From an uncultured Gemmatimonadales bacterium (GTDB lineage Bacteria > Gemmatimonadota > Gemmatimonadetes > Longimicrobiales > RSA9): a stretch of 64,000 bases of DNA. A program made the position numbers and the translations under genes. The first letter of the stretch is position 1, and each line of letters opens with the position of its first letter. The DNA lies in NCBI GenBank assembly GCA_963708135.1, contig OY970192.1:1088001-1152000 (forward strand), given 5' to 3'. The notes below the pieces were generated by a model, which was given only the letters and a program-made list of their open reading frames with translations, was not told where the DNA came from and searched no databases. Positions 37,598-48,536 of the stretch are shown here, in pieces.

Positions 37598-38376
37598 GCG
37601 ACGCCTCGGCCGCCGCGACGTCCGCGGTGCGCGTGGAGCGGCGCGGCGGCGTCGCCTGGCTCGTGATGGACCGTCCGCCGCTCAACGTCCTCGACATCGC
37701 GATGATGCGCGAGCTCGGCGCGGCGCTGGACGCGCTCGCCGGCGCGCCGCCGAGGGTGGTCGTCCTGACCGGCGCCGGCCGCGCCTTCTGCGCGGGCGTG
37801 GACGTGGCGGACCACACGGAGTCCCGGGTGGCGGAGATGCTGGCGGCGTTCCACGGCGTGCTCGGGAGGCTCCTGCACATGGGAGCGCCGGTGGTCGCGG
37901 CGGTGAACGGCGCGGCGCTGGGCGGCGGCTGCGAGCTCGTCCAGGCCTGCGACATCGTCCTCGCCCGCGCCGGCGCGAAGCTCGGACAGCCGGAGATCGG
38001 GCTGGGCGTCTTCCCGCCCGCGGCGGCGGCGCTGCTGCCGCGGCGCATCGGCGTGCAGGCTGCGCTGGACCTGGTGCTGACGGGGCGGGTGGTCGAGGCG
38101 GAGGAGGCGCGCGCGCTCGGTCTCGTCGCGCGGGTGCTGCCGGCGGATGGCTTCGAGGCGGAGGTGGCGGCGTACGCGGGGAAGCTCGCGGGGCTGAGCG
38201 CGCCGGTGGTGCGGCTGGCCAAGCGCGCGGTCATGGATGGACTGGAGCGCCCGGCGGCGGAGGCGCTGGCGCGGGCGGAGACCCTGTATCTGGACGAGCT
38301 GATGCGGCTCGGGGACGCGGCCGAGGGGCTGGCGGCGTTCCTGGAGAAGCGGGCGCCCGTCTGGAAGGATGCGTGA
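37594..38376 (+). CDS. dch: Cyclohexa-1,5-dienecarbonyl-CoA hydratase (Dch-like)
   Basis: [32 protein letters not shown] and ETLYLDELM motifs; gene context. Confidence 0.8.
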   Translation: MSDASAAATSAVRVERRGGVAWLVMDRPPLNVLDIAMMRELGAALDALAGAPPRVVVLTGAGRAFCAGVDVADHTESRVAEMLAAFHGVLGRLLHMGAPVVAAVNGAALGGGCELVQACDIVLARAGAKLGQPEIGLGVFPPAAAALLPRRIGVQAALDLVLTGRVVEAEEARALGLVARVLPADGFEAEVAAYAGKLAGLSAPVVRLAKRAVMDGLERPAAEALARAETLYLDELMRLGDAAEGLAAFLEKRAPVWKDA

Positions 38377-38380
38377 GGCG

Positions 38381-39595
38381 ATGAGCACGGCAGCGATGAC
38401 GCCGACGCGGGCGCCGGCGCCCCGTCCGGAGGGTCCGTTCCTGGAGATCGCGCGGGGCGCCGGGCTGGACGCTATCCTGGCCGCCTGCCGCGAGCTGGTG
38501 GAGGACACGGATTTCCCCACGGTGCGCCGCTGGCGGGAGGCGGGCGGCCGCGCCGTGGGCCATTTCCAGGTCTACTTCCCGGAGGAGCTCGCGCACGCCG
38601 CGGGGCTGCTCCCCGTGAAGGTGCGCGGGGCGCCGGTCGAGCGCGAGCGGGCGGACTCGCACTTCGGCTCCTACCTCTGCTCGATCCTGCGCAGCTCGCT
38701 CGAGCTGGCGCTTTCCGGCCGGCTGGAGCTGGACCTTTTCGTGACCCACCCGATCTGCGACGCCGCCCGCAACCTCGCCGGCGTGTGGGGCCGCAACGTG
38801 CCGGCCGCGCCCGCGCAGATCCTCTACCTGCCGCAGAACCCGAACTCGGCCTTCAGCGCCACCTACCTGCGCGCCGAGTACGCCCGCGTGCTGGCGGACA
38901 TCGAGGCGGTGGCGGGGCGTAGCGTGACGGTGGACGACCTGCGTCACTCGATCGGCGTGTTCGACGAGAACCGGCGGCTGCTGCGCGAGCTGTACGCGGT
39001 GAAGCGCGAGACGCCGTGGCTGCTGTCCGTGGACGAGGCGTACGTGCTCATGGCCGTGGGCGGGCTCATCCCGCGCGAGGAGCACAACGCGCTGCTCGCC
39101 ACGGCGCTGCCGCTCGCGCGCGCCCGGCAGGCGCGGCGCCAGGACAAGATCCGGGTGGTCTTCGAGGGCGGCTTCTGCGAGCAGCCGCCGCTCGACCTGC
39201 TGCGCGCCATCGCGCAGTTCTGCTACGTGGTCGATGACGACCTGCTCATCGGGCTGCGCTGGATCGAGGAGGACGTCGGCACGGCCGGCGACCCGCTCGC
39301 GGCGCTGGCCAATGCCTACCTGAACCGCTCCTCCTACAGCCCCGTGCAGCACGATCTGCGCAAGCCGAAGGAGAAGATGCTGCTCGAGCGCATCCGCGGC
39401 GCGGAGGCGAGCGCCGCGATCATCGCCGCGGCCAAGATGTGCGAGCCGGGGCTGGACGAGCAGGTGGCGTACTCGAAGGCGCTGGACGGGGCAGGGGTGC
39501 CGTACTTCGTCACCGAGTTCGAGGAGCGGATGACGGGGTTCGACCATCTCCAGATCCAGCTCGAGACATTCGTGGAGAACATCCTCTTCGACTAG
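38381..39595 (+). CDS. bcrC: Class I benzoyl-CoA reductase catalytic subunit (BcrC/BzdN-like)
   Basis: [38 protein letters not shown] and KMCEPGL motifs. Confidence 0.82.
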   Translation: MSTAAMTPTRAPAPRPEGPFLEIARGAGLDAILAACRELVEDTDFPTVRRWREAGGRAVGHFQVYFPEELAHAAGLLPVKVRGAPVERERADSHFGSYLCSILRSSLELALSGRLELDLFVTHPICDAARNLAGVWGRNVPAAPAQILYLPQNPNSAFSATYLRAEYARVLADIEAVAGRSVTVDDLRHSIGVFDENRRLLRELYAVKRETPWLLSVDEAYVLMAVGGLIPREEHNALLATALPLARARQARRQDKIRVVFEGGFCEQPPLDLLRAIAQFCYVVDDDLLIGLRWIEEDVGTAGDPLAALANAYLNRSSYSPVQHDLRKPKEKMLLERIRGAEASAAIIAAAKMCEPGLDEQVAYSKALDGAGVPYFVTEFEERMTGFDHLQIQLETFVENILFD

Positions 39596-39669
39596 CGCCG
39601 CGGCGCCGCCTCCGCGTCGGAGCGGAGCGCGGCGGGCCGCGGCGCCATGCCGGTGAACGGAGGCGGGTC

Positions 39670-41067
39670 ATGCCGATGGTGGCCGAGAGAGAGCTGCTGG
39701 GACGCGGCGCCCACGAGGGGCGGCGCCTGTTCCGGGAGTGGTTCGACAGCCTGACGGGCGCGGCCGAGCGCGGCGAGCCGACGGCCTACGTGTTCGTCAT
39801 GGGCAGCATGGTCGAGGTGCTGCGCGCCTTCGACTTCCACGTCGTCTTCCCGGAGATCAACTCCTTGCAGACGGCCGTGCGGCGCACGGCGGACGAGCTG
39901 CTCGGCTTCGCCGAGGACTACGGCTACTCGCCCGACGTGTGCGGCTACGTGAAGGCGGACGTGGCCGTCCAGCTCCAGAACGGGCGCCACCCAATGGGCA
40001 CGATCCCCCGCCCGACGCTCGCCGTCCTCACCAACGCCTGCAACACCTACATGAAATGGGCGGAGATCTGGGAGCGGCTGCACGGCACCCCCGTCGTCAC
40101 GATCGACGTGCCGGTCTCGCGCAGCGCCGCCGCCGCCGGTGCGCCCGCGGCCGCCGACCTCGCCCGCGACCGCGCGTACGTGGACGCGCAGGTGCGCGAG
40201 CTCATCGCCACCTGCGAGCGCACGACCGGCAGGCGCCTGGACATGGACCGGCTGCGCCAGGTGATGGAGTGGACGAACCGGATGACGCGCGCGTGGGTCC
40301 GGCTGCTCGAGCTGAACGCCGCCCGCCCCGCGCCCTTCGACGCGCTCGTCGAGGGCACCGTCTACCTGGGCGTGGCCAACGCGCTGCGCGGCACCGAGGA
40401 GGGCGCCCGCTACTTCGAGGACCTGGTCGAGGAGATCGAGTACAAGGTCGCCCACGGCATCGGCGCGCTCCCCGACGAGCGGCACCGCCTCATCTTCGTG
40501 GGCGTGCCCTGCTACCCGATCTTCCGCCGCTTCTTCGAGCTCTTCGCGGACTGGGGCGGCGCCTTCGTCGGCTCGACCTACCTCTGGTTCGCCGCGGGCG
40601 GCATGAACCTCGGCTACGAGTACGACCTCGACCACCCGCTCGAGAGCCTGGCCGAGGGGCTCGTCCGGAGCATCCGCACGGCCACGGACGCCATGATGTT
40701 CCACGACGACGCCCTGATCGACGCCATCGACCGCCTCGGCGCCGACGGCGTGGTCTACCACCCGGTCAAGAGCTGCCGCACCGTCTCCACGGGGCTCGCC
40801 GACAGCCGGCGCGCCGTCATGGCCAGCCGGGACGTGATGTCGCTCTACATCGAGAGCGACATGATGGACAAGCGCGTGGTCTCCGAGGCGCAGCTGAAGA
40901 ACCGGATCGACGCCTTCTTCGAGGGCCTCGACAGCCGCCAGCTGCGCCAGGCGACGGAGGCCGACGCCGCCGCCACCGCCCGTGCCGCGTCCGCGGCGGC
41001 CGAAGGCGTGACGGCCGCCGCGGCGGCGGAGTCCGGCGAGGGCCGCGCCTGCAGCGCGAACCCCTGA
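39670..41067 (+). CDS. bcrB: Class I benzoyl-CoA reductase catalytic subunit (BcrB/BzdO-like)
   Basis: [35 protein letters not shown] and [11 protein letters not shown] motifs. Confidence 0.82.
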   Translation: MPMVAERELLGRGAHEGRRLFREWFDSLTGAAERGEPTAYVFVMGSMVEVLRAFDFHVVFPEINSLQTAVRRTADELLGFAEDYGYSPDVCGYVKADVAVQLQNGRHPMGTIPRPTLAVLTNACNTYMKWAEIWERLHGTPVVTIDVPVSRSAAAAGAPAAADLARDRAYVDAQVRELIATCERTTGRRLDMDRLRQVMEWTNRMTRAWVRLLELNAARPAPFDALVEGTVYLGVANALRGTEEGARYFEDLVEEIEYKVAHGIGALPDERHRLIFVGVPCYPIFRRFFELFADWGGAFVGSTYLWFAAGGMNLGYEYDLDHPLESLAEGLVRSIRTATDAMMFHDDALIDAIDRLGADGVVYHPVKSCRTVSTGLADSRRAVMASRDVMSLYIESDMMDKRVVSEAQLKNRIDAFFEGLDSRQLRQATEADAAATARAASAAAEGVTAAAAAESGEGRACSANP

Positions 41068-41098
41068 CCCCTGGTCCCCAGCACCTCGCGAGGTTCAG

Positions 41099-41914
41099 AT
41101 GCTCTATGCAGCGGGAGTGGACGTCGGCTCCACCCAGACCAAGGCGGTCATCGTGGACGAGGCCGGGCGACTGGCGGGGAAGAGCCTGATCGGCACCGGC
41201 GCGAACGTCGTCACGGCCGCCGAGAAGGCCTTCGACCTCGCGCTCGACGACGGCCTCGTGCGGCGCGCCGACGTCGGCTTCGTCATCGGCACCGGCTACG
41301 GCCGCTACAAGGTCGAGTTCGGCGATGCGCAGGTGACCGAGATCCTGTGCCACGCGCGCGGCGCCTCGCACATGTTCCCCGGCACGCTGACCGTGCTCGA
41401 CATGGGCGGGCAGGACACCAAGGCCATCCGTATCCGCCCCGGCGGCGAGGTGGCCGACTTCTGCATGAACGACAAGTGCGCCGCCGGTACGGGCCGCTTC
41501 CTCCAGTCCGCCGCCGCCGCGCTGGACATTCCGCTCGACGAACTCGGCCCCACCGCCCTGCGCGCGCAGCGCCCCGTCGAGATCAGCACGACGTGCACGG
41601 TCTTCGCCGAGTCCGAGGTCCTCTCCTGGCTCGCCCGCGGCAAGAAGATCGAGGACATCCTGGCCGGCGTGCACCACTCGATCGCGCAGCGCTCGATCGC
41701 GCTGCTGCGCCGCGTCGGCATCGAGGCGGAGCTCACCTTCACCGGCGGCGTGACCCGCAACGAGGCCATGGTCGCCGTGCTCCAGGAGCTGCTCGGACTG
41801 CGCCTCAACGTGAGCCCCGAAGCCCACTTCATGGGCGCGCTCGGCGGCGCGCTCTTCGCCCTCGACCGCGTGGCCGCCGGCCAGCCGGCCGTGGCCGGAG
41901 GAGGTGCCGCATGA
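41099..41914 (+). CDS. BcrA/BcrD/HgdC family ATP-dependent activase subunit
   Basis: [36 protein letters not shown] and CTVFAESE motifs. Confidence 0.88.
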   Translation: MLYAAGVDVGSTQTKAVIVDEAGRLAGKSLIGTGANVVTAAEKAFDLALDDGLVRRADVGFVIGTGYGRYKVEFGDAQVTEILCHARGASHMFPGTLTVLDMGGQDTKAIRIRPGGEVADFCMNDKCAAGTGRFLQSAAAALDIPLDELGPTALRAQRPVEISTTCTVFAESEVLSWLARGKKIEDILAGVHHSIAQRSIALLRRVGIEAELTFTGGVTRNEAMVAVLQELLGLRLNVSPEAHFMGALGGALFALDRVAAGQPAVAGGGAA

Positions 41915-42735
41915 GGTACACGGCCGGAATCGACGTCGGCTCGACCTACACCAAGGCCGCCATCGTCTCGGGCGACGGCCGCCTGGCCGGCACCGCGCTC
42001 ACCGAGACCGGGTTCCGCCTCGAGGAGGCCGCCTCGCGCGCCCTCGACGGCGCGCTCGCCCAGGCCGGCATCCGCCGCGAGGAGCTCGCCTACATCGCCA
42101 GCACCGGCTACGGCCGCTACATGGTCCCCTGGCGCGACACCCAGGTCACGGACCTCACCGCCCACGCCCGCGGCGCCCGCTTCTTCTTCCCGGGCACGCG
42201 CACCGTCCTCGACATCGGCGGCCAGACCATGAAGGCGCTGCGCATCGACGACCGCGCCCGCGTGCAGTCCTTCCGCCTGAACGACAAGTGCGCCGCCGGC
42301 ACCGGCGCCTTCCTGGAGAAGACCGCCCGCTACCTCGGCTACCGGATCGAGGAGATCGGCCCGCTCGTGGCCACCTCCCACGAGGCCGTCGAGATCTCCG
42401 GCGTGTGCGCCGTCTTCGCCGAGTCGGAGGTCATCAACCAGATCAGCGCCGGCGCCACGGCCGCCGACATCATGCACGGCGCCATGCGCTCGCTCGTGAA
42501 GCGCGCCGTCCAGCTCATGCGGCGCGTGCAGATGGAGCCGGAGATCGCGCTCGTCGGGGGCATCATCCGATTCCCCACCATGGTCGCCGTCCTGCGCGAG
42601 AGCCTGGGCGAGGGGCTGAACGTGGCGCAGGGGCCGCTGCCCCAGTTCACCGGCGCCCTCGGCGCCGCCGTCCTCGCCCGCCGCCGCCTCGAGAAGCTCG
42701 AGCGCCAGGAGGCCGCCGGTGGCGTTCCCGCCTGA
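41911..42735 (+). CDS. Second BcrA/BcrD/HgdC family activase subunit
   Basis: [35 protein letters not shown] and CAVFAESE motifs. Confidence 0.88.
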   Translation: MRYTAGIDVGSTYTKAAIVSGDGRLAGTALTETGFRLEEAASRALDGALAQAGIRREELAYIASTGYGRYMVPWRDTQVTDLTAHARGARFFFPGTRTVLDIGGQTMKALRIDDRARVQSFRLNDKCAAGTGAFLEKTARYLGYRIEEIGPLVATSHEAVEISGVCAVFAESEVINQISAGATAADIMHGAMRSLVKRAVQLMRRVQMEPEIALVGGIIRFPTMVAVLRESLGEGLNVAQGPLPQFTGALGAAVLARRRLEKLERQEAAGGVPA

Positions 42736-43051
42736 GGCCGCCGCTTCCGGCGCCGCCGCGCCGCCCCGCGCGGACGAGGTCTCCGCGCACCCGGGGACGC
42801 CCGCCGCGCCCGCCCCGGAGCTCGGCCCGGAGGACCCGCTCGCCCGGGACGCCGCGCTCGAGGCCCTCGGGTGGGAGCGCCGCTTCACGGAGGGGGCGGC
42901 GCGCCTGCGCGAGAGCGTCGCCCTCTACGAGTCGCTCGGCTGGGAGGTACGCACCGAGCCGCTTGCCGCCGCCGAGCTCGCCGACGAGTGCCACGACTGC
43001 ACGCTGGCGCTCGCCCTCTTCCGGATCCTCTACGTCAGGAGGCGCGCGTGA
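42719..43051 (+). CDS. Small hypothetical protein with CxxC
   Basis: [25 protein letters not shown]; overlaps both neighbours. The start is uncertain. Confidence 0.7.
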   Translation: MAFPPEAAASGAAAPPRADEVSAHPGTPAAPAPELGPEDPLARDAALEALGWERRFTEGAARLRESVALYESLGWEVRTEPLAAAELADECHDCTLALALFRILYVRRRA

Positions 43052-44067
43052 GAGCCGCCGTGTTCCACGGCGCGGGCAAGCCGCTCGCCGTCGAGGAGCT
43101 GCCTACTCCCGAGCCCGGTCCGGGCGAGGTGCGCGTGAGGGTCGCCGCGTGCGGCGTCTGCCACACCGACCTGCACTACACCGACCACGGCACGCGCACC
43201 TTCAAGGAGCCGCCGCTGGTGCTCGGCCACGAGGTGTCCGGCACGCTGGACGCCCTGGGCGCGGACGTGCGCGGCTGGTCGGAGGGCGCCCGCGTCCTGC
43301 TCCCCGCCGTCCTGACCTGCGGCCACTGCGCCGCCTGCCGCGCGGGGCGCGAGAACATCTGCGAGAACGGCGTCATGCTGGGCAACCACATCGACGGCGG
43401 CTTCGCGGAATACATCGTGGTCCCGGCCAAGGACCTGATCCCGCTGCCGGAGGAGATCCCGCTGGTGGAGGGCGCGATCATCGCCGACGCGCTGACCACC
43501 CCGTACCACGCGGTGGTGAACCGCGGCCGGGTTCGCCCCGGAGACCGCGTGCTCGTCGTCGGCTGCGGCGGCATCGGGTTGAACCTCGTGCAGATGGCCG
43601 CCGCCGTGGGCGCGCGCGTCCTCGCCGTGGACGTGAGCCCCGAGAAGCTCGAGTGGGCCCGCCGCTTCGGCGCCGAGACGATCGACGGTGCCGCGACGCC
43701 GCGCATCGACCGGGACGTGCGCGCCCGGACGGATGGCGGCGCCGACGTCGCCTTCGAGGCCGTCGGCCGCGCCGCCACCCAGGAGCAGGCCTTCGCCTCG
43801 CTCCGTACCGGCGGCCGCCTCGTCTGCGTCGGCTACAGCCCCGAGACCCTGCCGCTGAACGCCGGCCGCGTCATGTTCCGCGAGATGGAGGTGGTCGGCT
43901 CGCTCGGCTGCCGGCCCGGCGACTACCCGCGCGTCATCGAGCTCGTGCGCCAGGGCCGGCTCCGCCTGAGCGAGCTCGTCACCGCCCGCTTCCCGCTGGG
44001 CCGCATTGCCGATGCCCTCGACACGCTGCGCGCCGGCAACGGCATCCGCTCCGTCGTCGTGCCGTGA
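43048..44067 (+). CDS. had: Zn-dependent alcohol dehydrogenase, probable 6-hydroxycyclohex-1-ene-1-carbonyl-CoA dehydrogenase
   Basis: [17 protein letters not shown], CxxCxxC...C, ADALTTPY and GCGGIG motifs; gene context. Confidence 0.8.
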   Translation: MRAAVFHGAGKPLAVEELPTPEPGPGEVRVRVAACGVCHTDLHYTDHGTRTFKEPPLVLGHEVSGTLDALGADVRGWSEGARVLLPAVLTCGHCAACRAGRENICENGVMLGNHIDGGFAEYIVVPAKDLIPLPEEIPLVEGAIIADALTTPYHAVVNRGRVRPGDRVLVVGCGGIGLNLVQMAAAVGARVLAVDVSPEKLEWARRFGAETIDGAATPRIDRDVRARTDGGADVAFEAVGRAATQEQAFASLRTGGRLVCVGYSPETLPLNAGRVMFREMEVVGSLGCRPGDYPRVIELVRQGRLRLSELVTARFPLGRIADALDTLRAGNGIRSVVVP

Positions 44068-44111
44068 CCGGCGCCGCCCCGGGCGGCTCGCCCCCGAACC
44101 CTGGAGTCGCC

Positions 44112-44549
44112 GTGCGGATCATCGATTCGCTCCTCGCCGAGCACGGTCTGCTCTACGCTCAGCTCGACCACCTCGAGGCGACGGTTCCCGGCGCCGACCT
44201 GCCCTCGCTGCGTGCCACGGCCGCGCTCCTGGCCGCCGCGCTCCGGGTCCACGCCGAGGCCGAGGACGAGCTCCTCTTCGCCGCCGTCCGCGACGCCACC
44301 GGCGGGCTCCCCGGCCCGCTCTCCGCCATGCACGACGACCACGACGAGATCGCCGAGGCGCTGGACGAGGTCGCCGCCGCCGACTCCGTCGAGCGCGCCA
44401 GACAGCTGCTCCTGTGGACGCTGCGCCACGCCCGCGACCACTTCGCCCGCGAGGAGCACGCCGCGTTCCCTATGGCCGAGGAGGCACTCGACCGCGTCAC
44501 GCTCGAGCGGCTCGGCGCCGAGCTGGCCCGACGCCGCGGCCTGGCCTAG
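44112..44549 (+). CDS. Hemerythrin-like (HHE) domain protein
   Basis: EH, HAEAEDELLF, DDHDEI and HFAREEHAAFP motifs. Confidence 0.8.
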   Translation: MRIIDSLLAEHGLLYAQLDHLEATVPGADLPSLRATAALLAAALRVHAEAEDELLFAAVRDATGGLPGPLSAMHDDHDEIAEALDEVAAADSVERARQLLLWTLRHARDHFAREEHAAFPMAEEALDRVTLERLGAELARRRGLA

Positions 44550-44564
44550 TCCCCTCGCCCGCGG

Positions 44565-45833
44565 TCAGCCCTTCCTGTCCTCCGCCGCCTGGTCGGGGTG
44601 CCCGTGCCGCCGCGCGACGACGATGGTGCGCCAGAGGGCGAGCCAGCCGAGGATCGCGAGCACGCCGACGGTGGGCCACATCATCGGGTAACCCTTCACC
44701 TTCGGCATGAAGCCCTTGCCCAGGTCGATGGCGGCGCCCACCAGCATCGGCGAGAAGATGCGGCCGAAGCCGACGCTGAAGACGAACAGCCCCGTGTACT
44801 CGCCCTGGTGCCCCTCGCCCATGAGCTCGGCGAAGTAGGGGTAGGTGATGGTGACGGCGCCCGCGGCGCCGAGGCCGCCGAAGCCGAGCGCGATCCCGGC
44901 GCCGAGCGGGTGGCGCAGGAAGGTGGCCACGGAGAACGCGGCGGCCAGCACGGCGGTGCCGACCATCAGGAGCCGGCCGCGCGGCAGCTTGTCGCCGAGC
45001 TTGCCGAGCACGGCGGAGCCGATGCCGATGCCGATGACGAGGATGCCGAGGCCCTCGGATGTCTGCGCGACCGTCACGCCGAGCACCGTGGTCGAGTAGA
45101 GGAAGATGTAGGGTCGGATGCCGTCGATGGCGCCGTTCCAGAACGCGTTCGCCACCAGCAGCCATATTCCGGCCGGGTGCTTCTTCAGCTGTTTCCACAT
45201 CTGCTTGAGGCCGACGTGCCGGCGCCCGTCCTCCTCCCGGTCGCCGCCCACCCGCCGCTCCGCGAGCCAGGTCGCGCCGGTGGTGCCGAGCAGCAGCGCG
45301 GCGCCGACGAGGAACGGCAGCAGCTTGCCGATGGAGAAGAGGAGCCCGGCCGCCACGAGCCCGTACGCGAGCCCCGCCGCGCGGAAGATCCCGCGCGACC
45401 CCTGCACCCGCCCGCGCCGCTCGTCCGGCACGGAATCGAGCATGAGCGTCCAGAGCGGCGTCAGGTAGGTGTGCAGCGCGGCGAAGAAGACGAACGCCAC
45501 ACCGGCCATCATCCAGTAGCTGCCGAGGAACGGCTCGATCACCATGGCCGCGGCCATGGCGGGCGCGGCCAGGAGCAGGAACAGCATCCGGCGCCCGAAG
45601 TGGCGGGCCAGCCCGCGCGGCATCTTGTCGCTCAGGTAGCCGACCCAGAACGGCACCAGCAGCGCGAACACGCCCTCCCCGCCCACGGCGAAGCCGATCC
45701 AGAAATTCGAGGCCGCGTACTTCTGGAGCAGCAGCGGCAGCACGACGACGATCGTCGTCTGCGCGGCCGCCGCGCCCAGCTCGCCGCTGGTGAGCGCGTA
45801 CTCCCACCGGCTCCCGCCCTCCCGCTCGCTCAA
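44565..45833 (-). CDS. MFS transporter
   Basis: About 12 hydrophobic segments with GYLSDK...GRR and GKLGDK motifs; AGGAG RBS before a TTG start. Confidence 0.85.
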   Translation of the reverse strand: MSEREGGSRWEYALTSGELGAAAAQTTIVVVLPLLLQKYAASNFWIGFAVGGEGVFALLVPFWVGYLSDKMPRGLARHFGRRMLFLLLAAPAMAAAMVIEPFLGSYWMMAGVAFVFFAALHTYLTPLWTLMLDSVPDERRGRVQGSRGIFRAAGLAYGLVAAGLLFSIGKLLPFLVGAALLLGTTGATWLAERRVGGDREEDGRRHVGLKQMWKQLKKHPAGIWLLVANAFWNGAIDGIRPYIFLYSTTVLGVTVAQTSEGLGILVIGIGIGSAVLGKLGDKLPRGRLLMVGTAVLAAAFSVATFLRHPLGAGIALGFGGLGAAGAVTITYPYFAELMGEGHQGEYTGLFVFSVGFGRIFSPMLVGAAIDLGKGFMPKVKGYPMMWPTVGVLAILGWLALWRTIVVARRHGHPDQAAEDRKG

Positions 45834-45971
45834 TCTCGCTCCTGTTCCGCCGTCCTCCCCGCCCCGGGTCGCGCGCGAGCCGGGGCCGGGAAGGGGAGCA
45901 ACAAGCGTTCCCTCCCCGCCCCGTCCCATGGCACCGTTCTCGCACAGCGGCCGCCACCGGGAGGAGGCCGA

Positions 45972-46532
45972 ATGATTCATCCGTGGCACGACCTGCCGCC
46001 GGGGCCGTATCCACCCGAGGAGGTCACCGTGCTGGTGGAGATCCCCGGCGGCAGCCGCAACAAATACGAGCTCGACAAGGCGATGGGGATCCTGCGGCTG
46101 GACCGGGTGCTCTACTCCCCCATGCATTACCCCGGCGACTATGGCTTCATCCCACGCACGCTCTCACCCGACGGCGACCCGTGCGACGTCCTCGTCCTCG
46201 TGAAGGAGCCCACCTTCGCGGGGTGCCTCATCGACGTGCGCCCCATCGGCATGCTGCGCATGCGCGACGCCGGCGCGCTGGACGAGAAGATCGTCGCCGT
46301 CCCGCTCCGCGACCCGCTCCAGGCCGCCTACTTCGACATCGCTGACGTGCCCCGCCACCTGCTGCGCATGATCGAGCACTTCTTCGAGGTCTACAAGCAG
46401 CTCGAGGGCCGCGGCGTCGAGGTTTTCGGCTGGGCCAAGAGCGAGGCCGCCTTCTCCGTCATCAGCGACGCGATCGACCGCTACTGGCGCGAGTTCGGCG
46501 GCCGCGGCGCCCCGGCCCCGACCGTCGGCTGA
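45972..46532 (+). CDS. ppa: Soluble inorganic pyrophosphatase (family I)
   Basis: EIPGGSRNKYELDK, YPGDYGFIP, DGDPCDV, DEKI and HFFEVYK motifs. Confidence 0.93.
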   Translation: MIHPWHDLPPGPYPPEEVTVLVEIPGGSRNKYELDKAMGILRLDRVLYSPMHYPGDYGFIPRTLSPDGDPCDVLVLVKEPTFAGCLIDVRPIGMLRMRDAGALDEKIVAVPLRDPLQAAYFDIADVPRHLLRMIEHFFEVYKQLEGRGVEVFGWAKSEAAFSVISDAIDRYWREFGGRGAPAPTVG

Positions 46533-46533
46533 C

Positions 46534-47229
46534 GTGCCCGGTTGGCTCCTCGTCCTCGCCTGGGTCTCGCTCGGCGCCGCCACCCTGTGCGCCCTCGCCA
46601 TCGCCCTGGACATCGCCGCCGGGTACCGCCAGCACATGTGGATCATGAACGCCGTCTGGCCGGTCACCGCCCTCTACGCAGGACCGCTCGCCCTCCTGGC
46701 CTACTACCGCGTGGGCCGGCTCTCCACCGAGCGGCGTGTCCGCCAGGCGAAGGCGCGCGGCGAGGAGCCGCCCTCGATGCGGAAGCCGTTCCGGCAGACC
46801 GCCGCCGTCGCCGCCACCCACTGCGGCGCCGGCTGCAGCCTCGGCGACCTCGTGGCCGAATGGCTCGTCTTCCTCGCCCCGCTCACCCTCTTCGGCCATC
46901 ACCTCTTCGGCGCCTGGGCCGTCAACTACGCGGCCGCCTACACCTTCGGTATCGCCTTCCAGTATTTCACCATCGCCCCCATGCGCGACCTCTCCCTCGG
47001 TCGCGGCATCCTGGCCGCCATGAAAGCCGACACCCTCTCCCTCTCCGCCTGGCAGATCGGCATGTACGGCTGGATGGCCATCGCCACCTTCGCCATCTTC
47101 GGCCACGAGCTCGAGCAGGACTCCCCCGTCTTCTGGTTCATGATGCAGATCGGCATGCTCGCCGGCTTCCTCACCGCCTACCCCGTGAACCGCTGGCTCC
47201 TGAAGAAAGGCCTGAAAGAACCGATGTGA
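46534..47229 (+). CDS. DUF4396 family membrane protein
   Basis: QHMWIMNAVWP, HCGAGCSLGD, WQIGMYGWM and YPVNRWL..GLKEPM motifs. Confidence 0.85.
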   Translation: MPGWLLVLAWVSLGAATLCALAIALDIAAGYRQHMWIMNAVWPVTALYAGPLALLAYYRVGRLSTERRVRQAKARGEEPPSMRKPFRQTAAVAATHCGAGCSLGDLVAEWLVFLAPLTLFGHHLFGAWAVNYAAAYTFGIAFQYFTIAPMRDLSLGRGILAAMKADTLSLSAWQIGMYGWMAIATFAIFGHELEQDSPVFWFMMQIGMLAGFLTAYPVNRWLLKKGLKEPM

Positions 47230-47473
47230 CTCCTCCTCACCCCCTCCCTCCCCCCGCACTCACCCCCACCCGAATCCCCACTCTCCCCCTCCCCCTCACC
47301 CTCCCACCCCGGCGCCGGGCCAACCTGTCCCATCTCAGCCTCGCCAGCCACCTGGGGTTGGTCGCTAGAAGTTGCTGTACCGCATTGACTTGGTACCCAG
47401 CATAGCCGCGGGGATGCCGCGGGCCCGGCCTTCGCATCGCTCTTCCTCCGCGATGTCAACGGGAGGAGGTAGC

Positions 47474-48409
47474 ATGGCCCATCCCGCCAATCCCTCGATC
47501 CTCGTGGCGACGGACCTCACGGAGTCCTCGGACGCCGCGGTGGCGAGCGCCGCCGCGCTCGCGGCGCGTACGGGAGCGCCGCTGCACCTGGTGCACGCCC
47601 TCGACTTCGCGGACGCGCCGTACGCACGCGTCGAGCCGGCGCCGGCGACCTTCCAGGACCGGCTGGCCGCGGCGGACGAGGCCGTGGAGGCGCAGCTCGC
47701 GCGGGCCGCGCCTGAAGGTGCCGTCGTCGCCACGCGGGAGCTCATCCTCTATTCGCCCTGGAAGGCCATCGCGGAGCGCGCCGTGCGCGTGCGGGCGGAG
47801 CTCATCGTGCTGGGCGGTCACTGTCCGCGCGGGCTGGCGGACCGTCTGCTCGGGACGACGGCGGACCGCGTTCTGCGGCGCGCGCCGGTCCCCTGCCTGC
47901 TGGTTCGGATGCCGCTCCCGCTGCCGCTCGCGCGCGTCCTCGTGCCCGTGGACTTCTCGGCCAACGGCGCACCGGCGCTGGACGCGGCGTTCAGGTGGGC
48001 CGCGCGGCTCGGGGCGCCGGCGGCGGGCGGTCGCGCCGGCCCCGGTGCGGTGGAGCTGGTCGCGTTGCACGTCGTCTCGCCGGCCATCCGGCTTCCCGGC
48101 GGGGCGGTCGCGGAGGAGGCGGCCGGGCGCGAGCTGGCCCGGCTGGTGGAGCGCGCGCGGCTGCGCGCCGGCCGTGGCGCGGAGGCTGTATCGGTCCGGC
48201 AGGAGATCCGCTCGGGGGACGCCGCGGAAGAGATCCTGCGCCGCGCCGCGGACGGCGCGGCGGACCTCGTGGTCCTCGGAACGCACGGGCAGGGCGCGAT
48301 CGAGCGGGCGATCATCGGCAGCGTGGCGCAGGCGGTGGCGCGCGCGGCCTCCTGCGCGGTTCTGCTCACGCCTCCCTCCGGCGGGCTGCCGGGCACGGGC
48401 TCGCGCTGA
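47474..48409 (+). CDS. Tandem-domain universal stress protein
   Basis: ILVATDL..LLGTTADRVLR and VLVPVDFS..GTHGQG..IGSVAQAV motifs. Confidence 0.9.
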   Translation: MAHPANPSILVATDLTESSDAAVASAAALAARTGAPLHLVHALDFADAPYARVEPAPATFQDRLAAADEAVEAQLARAAPEGAVVATRELILYSPWKAIAERAVRVRAELIVLGGHCPRGLADRLLGTTADRVLRRAPVPCLLVRMPLPLPLARVLVPVDFSANGAPALDAAFRWAARLGAPAAGGRAGPGAVELVALHVVSPAIRLPGGAVAEEAAGRELARLVERARLRAGRGAEAVSVRQEIRSGDAAEEILRRAADGAADLVVLGTHGQGAIERAIIGSVAQAVARAASCAVLLTPPSGGLPGTGSR

Positions 48410-48536
48410 CGGAACCCGATGGCGCTTCGGGTGGTATGGTCTCTGCGCCCATCCGTTTGCGCGCGCGACAAAGGTGGGGCCACCGGCCACGCGGACAGGT
48501 GCCGAGCCCGCCCCGCCGGCCTCACCGGGAGGATCC

